Shown one piece after another: positions 52,310 to 64,000 of a stretch of 64,000 bases of DNA. The stretch is from Chiloscyllium plagiosum (taxonomy: Eukaryota). Made by a program: the position numbers and the translations under genes. The stretch lies in contig NC_057718.1 of NCBI RefSeq assembly GCF_004010195.1, positions 26,363,682 to 26,427,681 on the forward strand. Reading direction: 5' to 3'. The notes under the pieces were generated by a model, which worked only from the letters and a program-made list of their open reading frames with translations, was not told where the DNA came from and made no database searches. Every line of letters starts with the position of its first letter. Within the stretch, counting starts at the first letter, position 1.

Positions 52310-53522
52310 AGCAATAAATGGCGATATCTTGAAAAGTGTCATTATTACAGAGGAGGAGGTGCTGGACATTTTAAAACACATATAAAGATGGATAAATCCA
52401 TGCAACCTGATCAGAACGTTGTGGGAAGCTAGGGAAGTGATTGCTGGGCCCCTTGCTGAAGTATTTGTATCATTGATAGCCACTGGTGAGAAGACTGGAG
52501 GGTGGCTAATGTGATGCCATTATTTAGGAAATGTGGTGAGGAAAAACCAGGGAGCTCTTAACCTATGAGAACCTGACATCAGCAGTAAGTATGTTGTTGG
52601 AGGAATCTGTTGTGTTGCCATAGTCTTAACAGACCATAGGGCTACTCTCATTTAGAGAGAAGCAACCAGTGGTGATTTAACCTGAGGGCCACCAGATCTC
52701 AGGTGAGGGAAGAGGTTGAGAAAGAGAGTCCTTCATGGTAACCTCAAACCAGTGATGGGAATTGAACCCAAGCTGTTGGTATTAGACTGCTCTGCACACC
52801 AACAGTCCAGCCAACTGAGTTAAACCAATTCCCAGAGAATTGTAAGGAACAGGATTTATATGTATTTGGAACGAGCTGGACTGATTAGGGATAGTCAATG
52901 CGGTATTGTGTATGGGAAATCGTGTCTCACGAACTTGACTGAATTTTTTTAAAGAAGTGACAAAAAAGATTGACAAAGACAGAGCTTTGGACATTGTCTA
53001 TATGAATGTCAGGAAGGCATTTGACAAGGTTAGCAATGGGAGACTGATTAACCAGGTTAGATCACATGGAATCCAGGGAAAGCTAGTCATTTGGATTCAA
53101 AACTGGCTTGAAGTTAGGAGACAGAGGGTTATGGTAGAGGGTTGTTTATCAGACTGGAGGCCTGTGACCAGTGGTGTGCCACAAGGATTGGTGCTGGGTC
53201 CAATGCTTTTTGTCATTTATATAAATGATTTGGATGTGAATATAGGAGAAATGGTTGTAAGTTTGCAGTTGACACCAGAATTTGTGTATAATGGCTCCTT
53301 GATCAGATAGGCTGAATAGTGGTAAATGGAGTTTAATTTAGTTAAATGTGAAGTGTTACATTTTGGGAAGGCAAATCAGGACAGGACTTATACACTTAAT
53401 GATAGGATCCTAGGAAGTGTTGCCAAACACCTTAGGTGCAGGTTTGTAGTTCCTTGAAAGTTGAGTCGCAAGTGGACAGGGTAGTGAAGAAGGCATTTGG
53501 TACACTGGCCTTTATTGGTCAG
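52310..53522 (+). mobile_element. CR1 LINE, 5' part; continues at 62977-63530 after the LTR-element insertion
   Basis: [34 protein letters not shown]; ends at tttattggtcag. Confidence 0.9.
52610..52826 (-). mobile_element. tRNA-derived SINE inserted in CR1
   Basis: Minus strand A-box taactcagttgg and B-box ggttcaattcc. Confidence 0.7.
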
Positions 53523-54344
53523 TGTTACGACATGGAGTAAACCCCTCTGCTAATTTAAAACTCGCAACTCAGAAAAAGACTTACCCCATGCAGTAATCTG
53601 TGAAAATTCAAGAGGTCAAGAACTATTTGAAATAAAAATGAACAACTTTATTTCTTAAAGTATAACAGAGAATAATTAATGAACTATTTACAACTCCTTC
53701 CTCTAACCTATCTTTTACCTTCCCTTCTATAATACTAGTCCAATAAAACTCCCAATTAAGATTTACAAAACAAAACTTCTTATCTCAAAACCAGGCAGCT
53801 TTCGGTTCTTCTCTGTATTCCTGTCTTCTTTACTTCTTCTTGCGGATTCTGCTTTACTGGTTACTGATTGATTAAGGTATCTTTAAGAGAGCTGGGAAGT
53901 TTGCCGATGCTGGCTTGGCAGTTGTCCTCCCAACTGTTCAATGTTTCCCTGTCTTATGCCCCCAAAGCATCGGATTGTGTCACTGGCTTTTAAGATTGTC
54001 AATATACTAAATTCAAACTTGATTGGGATTTTGTATTTTCAGGGTATAATTTAAACTGATTGGCTGAATTTGAATTTGTTTTTGTCTCACAGCAACTCAA
54101 CCAGTGCTATCTGTTCTGAGCTAATGTAACTTTGTAAATTCTCCAGAACTCAGTGTGCTTGCCAAGTCCTTCACTCTCTGAAAGTACGGTACACTTCTAC
54201 ACCCTCAATACGCTTCCCCCTTAAGAAAAGAATGGGCCATCATAAAAGATAGCTTCGTGTTTTTTTTTCTTCTTTTTAAAAACACATTACCCTAATATAC
54301 AGTTAACTTTAATATAAGTTCACCCTGACTTCTTCCCATATAGT

Positions 54345-54654
54345 GGGTGGCACGGTGGCACAGTGGTTAGCACTGCTGCCTCACAGCGCCAGAGACCCGG
54401 GTTCAATTCCCGACTCAGGTGACTGACTGTGTGGAGTTTGCACATTCTCCCCGTGTCTGCGTGGGTTTCCTCCGGGTGCTCCGGTTTCCTCCCACAGTCC
54501 AAAGATGTGCAGGTCAGGTGAATTGGCCATGCTAAATTGCCCGTAGTGTTAGGTTAAAGGGGTAAATGAAAGGGTATGGGTGGGTTGCGCTTCGGCGGGT
54601 CGGTGTGGACTTGTTGGGCCGAAGGGCCTGTTTCCACACTGTAAGTAATCTAAT
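54345..54654 (+). mobile_element. Full-length HE1-type V-SINE
   Basis: A-box tggcacagtgg, B-box ggttcaattcc, V domain, CR1-derived tail. Confidence 0.93.
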
Positions 54655-55842
54655 ATACCTGTATACATATATAACATTAAATAAATACAAATCTCATCTA
54701 AACTTTATCAGTTTAATCCACGATGACGCACCTGCGATTACATTCTTTGGACCTGCAACATGCATGGTTTTTAAATTAAAAGTCTGTAACATAAGACTCC
54801 AACATAATAGTCTCATATTCTTTTCTTTAAAGCATTCTAAGAATGTAAGCAATCTGTGTACATAACCGTCTCTGACACATTGTTCAGGACATACACATTA
54901 AAATGTTGTAAGGCTAGTACCAAACTCAATAGTTCCTTTTTGATTGTGGAGTATTTCTTTTGGTGAATGTTGATCTTCTTCAAAAAGTAACCAACTGGCA
55001 GTTTAATCCCATCCTCAGCTTCCTGGAGGAGTACAGCTCCAACCCCAATGCCACTAGCATCAATGGTGACTTTAAAAGGTTTTGAAATGTTTGGTGTAGC
55101 TAAAACTGGTGGTTAATATTGATTTCAGATGATTGAATGCCTCCTGGCATGGTTCTGTCCACCAAAGCTTTGTGTTCTTCTTCAGCAAGTTGGTTAATGG
55201 TGTCACTACACTGTTGAAGTTTGGAACAAACTTCCGATAGAATCCACTGCGTCCTAAGAATCGAAGGACCTCTTTCTTTGACGTTGGTTGTGGAAATTCC
55301 TCGATGGCCTTTGTTTTTGCGTTCCATGGGGTCAACCTTGCATGACCGATGTTATGTCCCAAGAACATCACCTCTGCTTTTGTGAATTCTGTTTTATTTA
55401 AGTTTATCACCAGTATTGCTTCTCGTAGTCGTTCAAAGATCTCTGCCAACTGTACCATGTGATCCTTCCAAGACTTACTAAAGTTCCCTACATTGTCCAA
55501 ATAGATCGTACAGTTTCTTAATCCAGCCACAACTCTGTTCATGAGTCTTTGGAGTGTGGTTGGTGCATTCTTCATTCGAAAGGGCAACACTTTAAACCGA
55601 TATAGCCCATTTGGGGTTACAAACACACAAACTTCTTTCGCCAACTCTGATAAAGGTACCTGCCAGTAACCACGCATTAAATCCAACTTGGTGATGTAAC
55701 TGGTTTGTCCAACTCTCTCGATACAGTCCTCTGATCTAGGAATGGGATATGAATCCATTTTGTTTAGGTGTTGACCTTCCGATAACCCACGCAGAATCAT
55801 TGAGTCCTGTCCGGTTTAGGAACTAAGATGATCGGCGAACTC

Positions 55843-56003
55843 GGAAAAAGTGAGGATTGCAGATGCTGGAGGTCAGAGTCAAGAGTGTGTTGCTGGAAAA
55901 GCACAGCAGGTCAGGCAGCATCCGAGGAGCAGGGGAATCGACGTTTTGGGCGTAAGCCCTTCATCAGGAATGGTGCGCTTTTCCAGCAACACAATCTCAA
56001 CTC
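55843..56003. mobile_element. Penelope-like terminal insert in the Gypsy RT
   Basis: TSD tgat(c/t)ggcgaactc at 55829-55842 and 56004-56017; short inverted tail. Confidence 0.8.
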
Positions 56004-58618
56004 TGATTGGCGAACTCCACCCACTCTGGCTTGGTTCAATGATGTCCTCATCAAGAAGGCCTCCACCTCCATCTGTACCTGTCTAGCTTTGAAAGGATTA
56101 AGCCGACAGGGGTGTTTTTTTATTGAAGCATTATTCCCAATGTCTACTTCACATCCAATAGCATTAGTCCTCCCCATCTAATTCTTACATATATCCTTAT
56201 ACTGCAGTAACAAACCTTACAACTGCGTTCTATGTTCCTGAGACAAATAGCTTACTAACCTATCCCACTCCTCAAAGACTTCTTCATTTTTGAATCTATT
56301 TTGAGGCACATCAAAATCCACATCATCTGAATTTAATTCCTCACTCTGCGGGGCAGTACTTCTTTCTTTCGAGTATAATACGGTCTCAACGTGTTCACAT
56401 GACATACCTGAAACCTTTTTTCTCTATCTGACATTTTTACTAGATAGTTCACATGACTCAACTTTTTCTCAGTTTGCTAGGGACCAGTAAACCTGGCCTT
56501 GGGAAAACGTCCGAGTCTCAGAGCTTTTATCTGCCATCTGCTTCATTCTACGCTGTGCCCTCTTTAGGTGCTGTTTAGCTAACTCACCTACTCGATTTAG
56601 ATTATGTATTGGAGGTGAGGGAGAGACTAAGTGTGAGATCTCTGAGTTTGGTCCTGCCAATTCTTCTTTAGTTAATTTCAAAGGGCCTCTCTCTTCATGA
56701 CCGAATATTAATTTGAAGGGAGTGGACTGACTAGGTTCATTTGGGGCATCTCTAATGGCAAACAATACGAATGGGATACCTTTATCCCAATCATTCGAGG
56801 AGTCCTGACAGTACACTTTTAACATGGTCTTTAAGATCTGATGCCACCTTTCTGAAGCTCCCTGGAATTTAGGATGATACGCACTTGATTTAAAGTGCTG
56901 AATACCTAAGCTATCCATCACCTCCTTAAATTTAACTCTTAGTCCAACTGAATTTCTCCAGGTAGCCCAGACCATGTGAACAAAGTTACTAACGCCTCTA
57001 CTACTCTTTTTTGCCTTGACACTCCTTAATGGAATTGCCTCCGAAAATCTGGTATACAGATTCTCTATAGTTAACAAGTATTGGTTCCCACCTTTAGTTC
57101 TCAGGAGGGGACCTACGCAATCAATTCTAACCTAATGAAAGGTTCTTCAAATGTGGGAATTGGCAACAAAGATCTTGGTTTTATTACCGCCAGTGACTTA
57201 CCTATCATTTGGCATGTTTGGCACATACGGCAAAAGTTAACCACATCCTTATGCATTCCGGGCCAACACAAATGTTTTTGTACCTTAGCCTGAGTCTTTC
57301 GTACCCCAAGGTGACTTCCTGCAGGTAGTTCATGTGCTACTTGTAACACCTTATGTCTGTATGCTACCGGCAACACAATCTGGTACACTTCGGCCCATTT
57401 CTCCTCTGCACTAACTTGCCGTGGGCTCCACTCCATCTTAAGATTCTCTCTTTCAGATAATAACCCTTCGGAATATTCTCTGCCTCATTTTCAGAGTATG
57501 CATCCACATATATATCTTTTATCATTTTGTCTTGCTGTTGCAAGTCTCTTAGCCTTTCAGGACTAAATACTTCTGTCTGACCCTCTGCCTGTTCAGGTTT
57601 GTCCTGCACCATTACATCAAATAGAGTATCCGCTAACTGAACCTCAACTCCTTCATCTTTCTCTTTACTTTTCATTTTGTGCTGTCACTTATGATAGTTG
57701 GATCTGGTTACCATACAGTCTGGGAAAATACCAGGATATTTCTGTTTTAATCCTCAGTTCCTTGGTCTTCCTTGGTGTTCTGCACAACAAGGGATGTCAC
57801 TACCACCTTGGATCCTGCCAAATCATTCCCAAGAACAAACTGGATTTCTGGAAATGACACTCTGTCAATCATTCCTACTGTAACTTCCCCAGTCTTAAGT
57901 TGGCACTCCAACCTGATCTTACATGGGGGAACGCTAAATTTCTGTCCATCTATCCCACAAATTACCACACTCTCAGGTAACAGATCAGAAAGAGCGCATA
58001 TTCATTCGTCTCTTACTATCAACGACTGGTTAGATCCTGTATCTCTCAAAATTATAGCCTTTTGTCCTTCTCCCCCTATTCTTTCTGAGTAAACTTCAGC
58101 CACAGAGGCAAATCCTTTGTAGAGATCAGATACTAACTCCATACTCAGCCCCTGCCTAGGCTGCGCACTCTTCTGCAGCTCCTCAGCTCTTCTGGGGTCT
58201 CCTCTACTACCTTCACTAAGGCCACTCGCTAAGCTTCTTTTACCACATCTTTTCCCACAATGCCTTTCTTTAATGACCAGCACTGTGACTTTACGTGTCT
58301 CACTTTACCACAGTGGAAACACCTGAGGCCTTTCACCTCCTTTCCACCCTCTTGGGCTTCTTTTTTATCCTGTGGTAAAATCTTACCAGTGCTCTCTACT
58401 CTTAGTTTAGTAGTATAGGATCTCTCCTTCTCCCAACTTTTATCCCTCACAGGTCAAAATTCTGGCCGGAAGCTTGTCTTATGCACCAACATGTACTCAT
58501 CTGCTAATTCTGCTGCCTTTCTCATTTCCTAAACTTTCTGTTCCTCCACATAAATTCTTACCATCTCTGGAAGTGAGGTTTAAACTCCACCAGCAGAATA
58601 ATCTCTCACAGAGCCTCT

Positions 58619-60270
58619 TAGAACATAGAACATAGAAAAGTACAGCACAGATCAGGCCCTCTGGCCCGCGATGTTATGCCAAGAATTAATCCTAATGTAA
58701 AATTAAATAATCTAACTTTCACACCCCTCAATTCACACTGTCCATGTGCGTGTCCAGCAGTTGCTTAAATGTCCCTAATGACTCTGCTTCCACCACCACA
58801 GCTAGCAATGCATTCCATGAATTCACAACTCTCTGCGTAAAGAACCTTCCTCTGAAGTCCCCTCTGTACCTTTCTCCTAATATTTTAAACTATGACCCTC
58901 TTGTACCAGTCAATCCTGCCCAGGGGAAAAGTCTCTGGCTATTGACTCTATCCATGCATGTCATTACCTTGTATACCTCGATCAGGTCACCCTTCTTCCT
59001 CCTTCTCTCCAGAGAGAAAAATCCGAGCTTAGTCAACCTCTCTTCATAAGGCAAGCCTTACTGTTCAGGCAGCATCCTGGTAAACCTTCTTTGCATCCTC
59101 TCCAAAGCCTCTGTATCTTTCCTATAGTAGGGCAACCAGAACTGGACTTGTAGAGCTGTAGCAAAACCTTGCGGCTCTGAAACTAGATCCCCTTGTTTAT
59201 GTTATATGCTTTCTTAACAGCCCTATCCACTTTGGTGGCAACTTTGAGGGATCTATGTACTTGAACACCAAGATCCCTCTGTTTCTCCACACTGCCAAGA
59301 ATCCTGTCTTTAATCCTATATTCAGCATTCAAGTTCGTCCTTCCAAAATGCATTACTTCGCATTTATCCAGGTTGAACTCCATCTGCCATTTCTCAGCCC
59401 AGCTCTACATCTTGTCTATGTCGCGCTGCAGCCTGCAATAGCCCTTGATACTATCAATGGCACCTCCAACCTTTGTGTCATCTGCAAATTTACTCACCCA
59501 CCCTTCAACCTCCTCATCCAAGTCATTTATAAAAACCACAAAGAGTAGAAGCCCAAGAACAGAGCCCTATGGGACACCGCTGAAAATGTGTTGCTGGAAC
59601 AGCGCAGCAGGTCAGGCAGCATCCAGGGAACAGGAGAATCGACGTTTCAGGCATAAGCCCTTGCCCGAAACGTTGATTCCCCTGTTCCCTGGATGCTGCC
59701 TGACCTGCTGTGCTTTTCCAGCAACACATTTTCAGCTCTAATCTCCAGCATCTGCAGACCTCACTTTCTCCCTATGGGACACCACTCACCACTGACCTCC
59801 AGGCAGAATATTTTCCATCTACAACCACTCTCTGCCTTCTGTCAGCCAACCAATTCTGAATCCAGATAGCCAAATCTCCCTGTATCCCATACCTCCTGAC
59901 TTTATGAATGAACCTACCATGGGGAACCTTATCAAATGCCTTGCTGAACACCACATCCACTGCTCTCCCTTTGTCGACCTGTCTTGTCACCTCCTCAAAG
60001 AACTCAATAAGGTTTGTGAGGCATGACCTGCTCCTCACAAAGCCATGCTGACTGCTTTTAATCACGCTATGCTTTTCCAAATAGTCATAAATCCTATCCC
60101 TCAGAGTTCTTTCCAAAACCTTGCTGACCACAGACATAAGACTCATTGGTCTGTAATTGCCAGAGATTTCCCTATTACCCTTCTTGAAAAGAGGAACAAC
60201 ATTAGCCTCCTTCCAATCCTCCGGTATGACTCCCGTGGAGAGTGAGGAAGCAAAGATCTTCGCCATAAAT
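58619..60270 (-). mobile_element. CR1 LINE with a (CTATGTT)n tail, inserted in the Gypsy gag
   Basis: PEDWKEANV, NYRPMSL, FSKAFDKVPH, RDLGV; tail agaacatagaacataga. Confidence 0.93.
59579..59769. mobile_element. Fold-back Penelope-like insert inside CR1
   Basis: Inverted repeat ~59579-59736; TSD ccctatgggacacc at 59565-59578 and 59770-59783. Confidence 0.85.
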
Positions 60271-61351
60271 ATCATCGTCTTATGTATTTTCAAAGCATGT
60301 ACCCATCGATCAAAATGGCTATGTTTAATTCTTTCAATCTCAACATACGTCTGACCTGGTTCCTTCTTTGTGTTTATGAACCACTGTCTAAATGCTTCTG
60401 ATACCAATTCATAATGTCTTGACACCTCATCTGACATCACGGCAAATACCACACTAGCTTTGCCTACCAGTCTGAACTAGCCCTACCCATAAGTCCTCGG
60501 CCCACTCCATCTGCCAAGCCAATTTTCCAAATGAAATAAAGAAGGGTTCAACATCTTTTTCATCAAAATGTGGCAGCATTTTAACATATTTACGTATATC
60601 AGTACATTCTCTGTTAATCTCCATCCTGTTAACTTGACTTTGCTGACTAAATTGCAACTTCTCAAGTTCAAATGCTCTCTCTCTTTCTCTCTTCCTTTTG
60701 TTTATTTTCTAACTCCATTTTCCTCAATTGTGATTTATGTTTTACTACCTCTACTGCACGTCTCTGATACATCTAAGTGTTTGAGTAACTCCCTTACAAT
60801 TTCCACTTTACTTTTGTCCTTGGTTAAACCCAAATCTAACTCATTTGCTAATTCTAAAAGTATGGCCTTTTTCTTTCCTTCTAATCTTTCTTGGCAAATT
60901 TGAGAATCATCTTCAAATCCCAGAACCTCTTTTGCAATTTTAAGAGCCATTTCTCTCACTTTTAATTTAATCGATCACAAGTCACTGAAATTAAACAAAT
61001 TGCCTCACCTACATTTTATTTAAAGTTCTAGGACGCTAACCTGCAAGTTTTTAAATCTGCTGGGAATTTTCATATCCCAAATCTATTCAAATCTGTCTAA
61101 ACCAGTTCAAATCCTGACGACGAGCCCCCAAACTGTTACATTGCAGGGTAAACCCCTCTGCTAATTTAAAATCTGCAACACAGAAAAGATTTATCCTGTG
61201 CAGTAATCTATGAAAATTCAGAGGTCAAGAACTATTTAAAGTAAAAATTAAGAACTTTATTTCTTGAAGTATAACAGAGAATAATTAACTGACTACTTTT
61301 TTACAACTCCTTCCTCTAACTTATCTTTTATCTTCCCTTCTATAATACTAG

Positions 61352-62495
61352 TCATCGAGTCATACAGATGTACAGCATGGAAACAGACCCTTCGGTCCAA
61401 CACGTCCATGCTGACCAAATAGTCCAAACCAATCTAGTTCCACCTGCCAGCACCTGGCTCATATCCCTCCAAACTCTTCCTATTCATATACCCATCCAAA
61501 TGCCTTTTAAATGTTGCAATCGTACTAGCCTCTACCACTTCCCCTGGCAGCTCATTCCACGCACATACCACCCTCTGCATGAGAAAGTTGCCCCTTCGGT
61601 GTCTTTTATATATTTTCCCTCTCACCCTAAACCTGTGCTCTATAGTACTGGACCCCCCGACCCCAAGGAAAAGACTTTGTCTATTTATCCTATCCATGCC
61701 CTCATGATGTTATCAACCTCCATAAGGTCACCCCTCAGCCTCTGATGCAGCCTATTCAACCTCTCCTTATAGCTCAAATGCTCCAACACTGGCCACATCT
61801 TTGTAAATCTTTTCTGAACCCTTTCAAGTTTCACAACATCTTTCCGATAGGAAGGAGACCAGAATAGCATGCAATATTCCAACAGTGGCATAACCAATGT
61901 CCTGTACAGCTGTAACATGACATCCCAACTCCTGTACTCAATACTCTGACCAATAACGGTAAGCATACCAAACGCCTTCTTCACCATCCTATCTACCTGC
62001 AACTCCATTTTCAAGGAGCTATGAACCTGCACTCCAAGGTCTCTTTGTTCAGCAGCACTCCCTAGGACCTTACCATTAAGTGTTTAAGTCCTTCTAAGAT
62101 TTGCTTTCCCAAAATGCAGCTCCTCACATTCATCTAAATTAAACTCCATCTGCCACTCCTCAGCCCATTGGTCCATCTGATCAAGATCCCGTTGTAATCT
62201 GAGGTAACCTTCTTCCCAGTCCACTACACCTCCAGTTTTGGTGTCATCTGCAAACTTACTAACTTTATCTCTTATGCTCACATCCAAATCATTTATATAA
62301 ATGATGAAAAGTAGTGGACCCAGCACTGATCCCTGTGGCACTCCACTGGTCACAGGCCTCCAGTCTGAAAAACAACCCTCCACCACCACCCTCTATCTTC
62401 TACCTTTGAGCCAGTTCTGTATCCAAATGGCTAGTTCTCCCTGTATTCCATGAGATCTAACCTTGCTAACCAGTCTCCCATGGGGAACCTTGTTG
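61352..62495 (-). mobile_element. CR1/HER1 LINE inserted in the 5' LTR
   Basis: [31 protein letters not shown]; the LTR resumes at agtccaataaaactcc. Confidence 0.95.
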
Positions 62496-62976
62496 AGTCC
62501 AATAAAACTCCCAATTAAGATTTACAAAACAAAATTTATTTTCAAAACCAGCAGCTTTCAGTTCTTTTCTGTATTCCTGTCTCCTTTTCTTCTTCTTTTG
62601 GATTTTGCTTCACTGGTTACTAATTGATAAAGGTACCTTTAAGACAGCTATTCTCTCGACAGTTTGCAGATGCTGGCTTGGCAGTTCTCCTCCCAGCTGT
62701 TCAATTTTCCACGGTCTTATAACCCTAAAGCATTGGATTGTGTCATTAGCTTTTAAGATTGTCAATGTACTAAATTCAAACTTGATTGGGATTTGACATT
62801 TCGTGGTATAATTTAAACTGATTGGCAGAATTCAAATTTGTTTTTGTCTCATGGCAACTCAGCCAGTGCTATCTGTTCCAAACCAAATATAACTTTGTAA
62901 ATTCTCCAGCACTTGGTGTGCTTGGCCAGTCCTTCACTCTCTTAAAGGTACAGTACACTTCTACACCTTCATAACA

Positions 62977-63530
62977 GTCAATGCATTGAGTATAGATGTA
63001 GCTGTACAGCATATTAGTTAGGCCACTTTTGGAATACTCCATTAATTCTAGTCTCCCTGCTTTAGGGAAGATATTGTTAAACATGAAAGTGTTCAGAAAA
63101 GATTTATAAGGATGTTACCAGATTGGAGGTTTGAGCAATAGGGTGGATCTAATTTCCCTGGAGTGTCAGAGGCTGAGGGATGACCTTATAGTGGCTTATA
63201 AAATGATGAGGGACATGAATAGGGGGAAACAGCCAAGGTATTTTTCCGAGGGTAAGGCAGTCTAAAACTAGATGGCATAGGTTTAAAGTGAGAGGGGAAA
63301 GATTTAAAAGGGACCTTCGGGGCAGATTTTCATACAGAGGGTGGTACATGCATGGAATGGGCTACCAGAGGGAGTGGTGGAAGCTAGGCATATAGATGGG
63401 AAGAGTTTCGCGGGACATGGGCCAAACGCTGGCAAATGGGACTGGATTCATTAAGGATACTTAGTCGGCATGGACAATTTGGACTGGAAGGGTTTGTTTC
63501 CATGATGTACAATCTGTGACTCTATGACTA
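62977..63530 (+). mobile_element. CR1 LINE 3' part, continuation of 52310-53522
   Basis: Resumes tgcattgagtatag.. and ends in a gactctatgact tail. Confidence 0.9.
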
Positions 63531-64000
63531 AATGGCCTTACCAGCATGTCCCTTAATCCCTTCTCTCCAGAACTACATCAAATTTACTCTTCAATTCTTT
63601 TATATTGCCCATCTCAATGACTTTTCATCATCACATATTCCTCAACTCTTATTATCCAGATGATTCTTATGATTAATGTAACTCATTTGTTCTATTTGTA
63701 TGAATGTCTCAAAATAGTTTGATAGATAAGGTAAAAAAACAACCTCTGATTACAGTATATGTTTCACTAAAGGCCCAGTTAATATGTGTTGCACAGTATA
63801 ACAGAAAAATAAATCACCACTTGCTCAATCTAATAAATAAATCCAGTTTGTTACATAATTGCAAATGTAATAAGACAGTGTGCACCTAACAGCATTAAAA
63901 AAGATTTGAAGAAAATGCCATAAAATGCACCAAATTATTTGATCCACAGATCATGTACAATCTCATTCATTGGATCAACCTAATTGTTCTCTATATTACT

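Larger units (their letters stand above)
53523..62976 (-). mobile_element. Full-length, decayed Gmr1-like Gypsy LTR retrotransposon (gag-PR-IN-RT-RH)
   Basis: 3' LTR 53523-54212; 5' LTR 61134-62976 split by a CR1; tRNA-Pro PBS tgggggctcgtc at 61119-61130; PPT aagggggaag at 54213-54222; TSD gtcag/gtcaa. Gag with CFHCGKVRHVKSQC; protease LRDTG; integrase HELPAGSHLG..C..CQ and SSAYHP..QG..ERWH; RT DLMRGYWQ..YLDN. Confidence 0.95.

Noticed and set aside
54345..54420. tRNA-like sequences with A and B boxes (also 48640-48710 and 52760-52826)
   Set aside because: These are SINE heads followed by SINE bodies, not tRNA genes.
59772..60452. 226-aa ORF fusing Gypsy gag to a LINE RT
   Set aside because: Chance in-frame junction from a CR1 insertion into gag; both partners are disrupted on either side.

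Overview
Vertebrate genomic DNA, very probably from a shark: it carries HE1/V-SINE and HER1/CR1 repeats typical of elasmobranchs. The window lies inside a receptor tyrosine kinase gene of the ALK/LTK family, most likely ALK, on the + strand. Two coding exons of the glycine-rich/TNF-like ligand-binding region are visible, at 36986-37148 and 52034-52184. The rest is intron dominated by transposons: many CR1 LINE pieces from two families, L2 and Rex1-type remnants, tRNA-derived SINEs, a decayed Mag-type Gypsy element (~18-23 kb), and two Gmr1-like Gypsy LTR elements with PR-IN-RT-RH order. One of these is internally deleted (31.1-34.9 kb); the other is full length and heavily nested (53.5-63.0 kb). 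There is a 915-nt assembly gap. The most notable non-genic signal is a dense population of short Penelope-like insertions. They are flanked by 9-14 bp target-site duplications, are often fold-back palindromes, and carry minimal hammerhead-ribozyme cores (CTGANGA-stem-GAAA-CGTC), some in sense orientation in the host pre-mRNA. I found no evidence of prokaryotic systems or CRISPR. All identifications are by eye, without database searches, and repeat boundaries are approximate.
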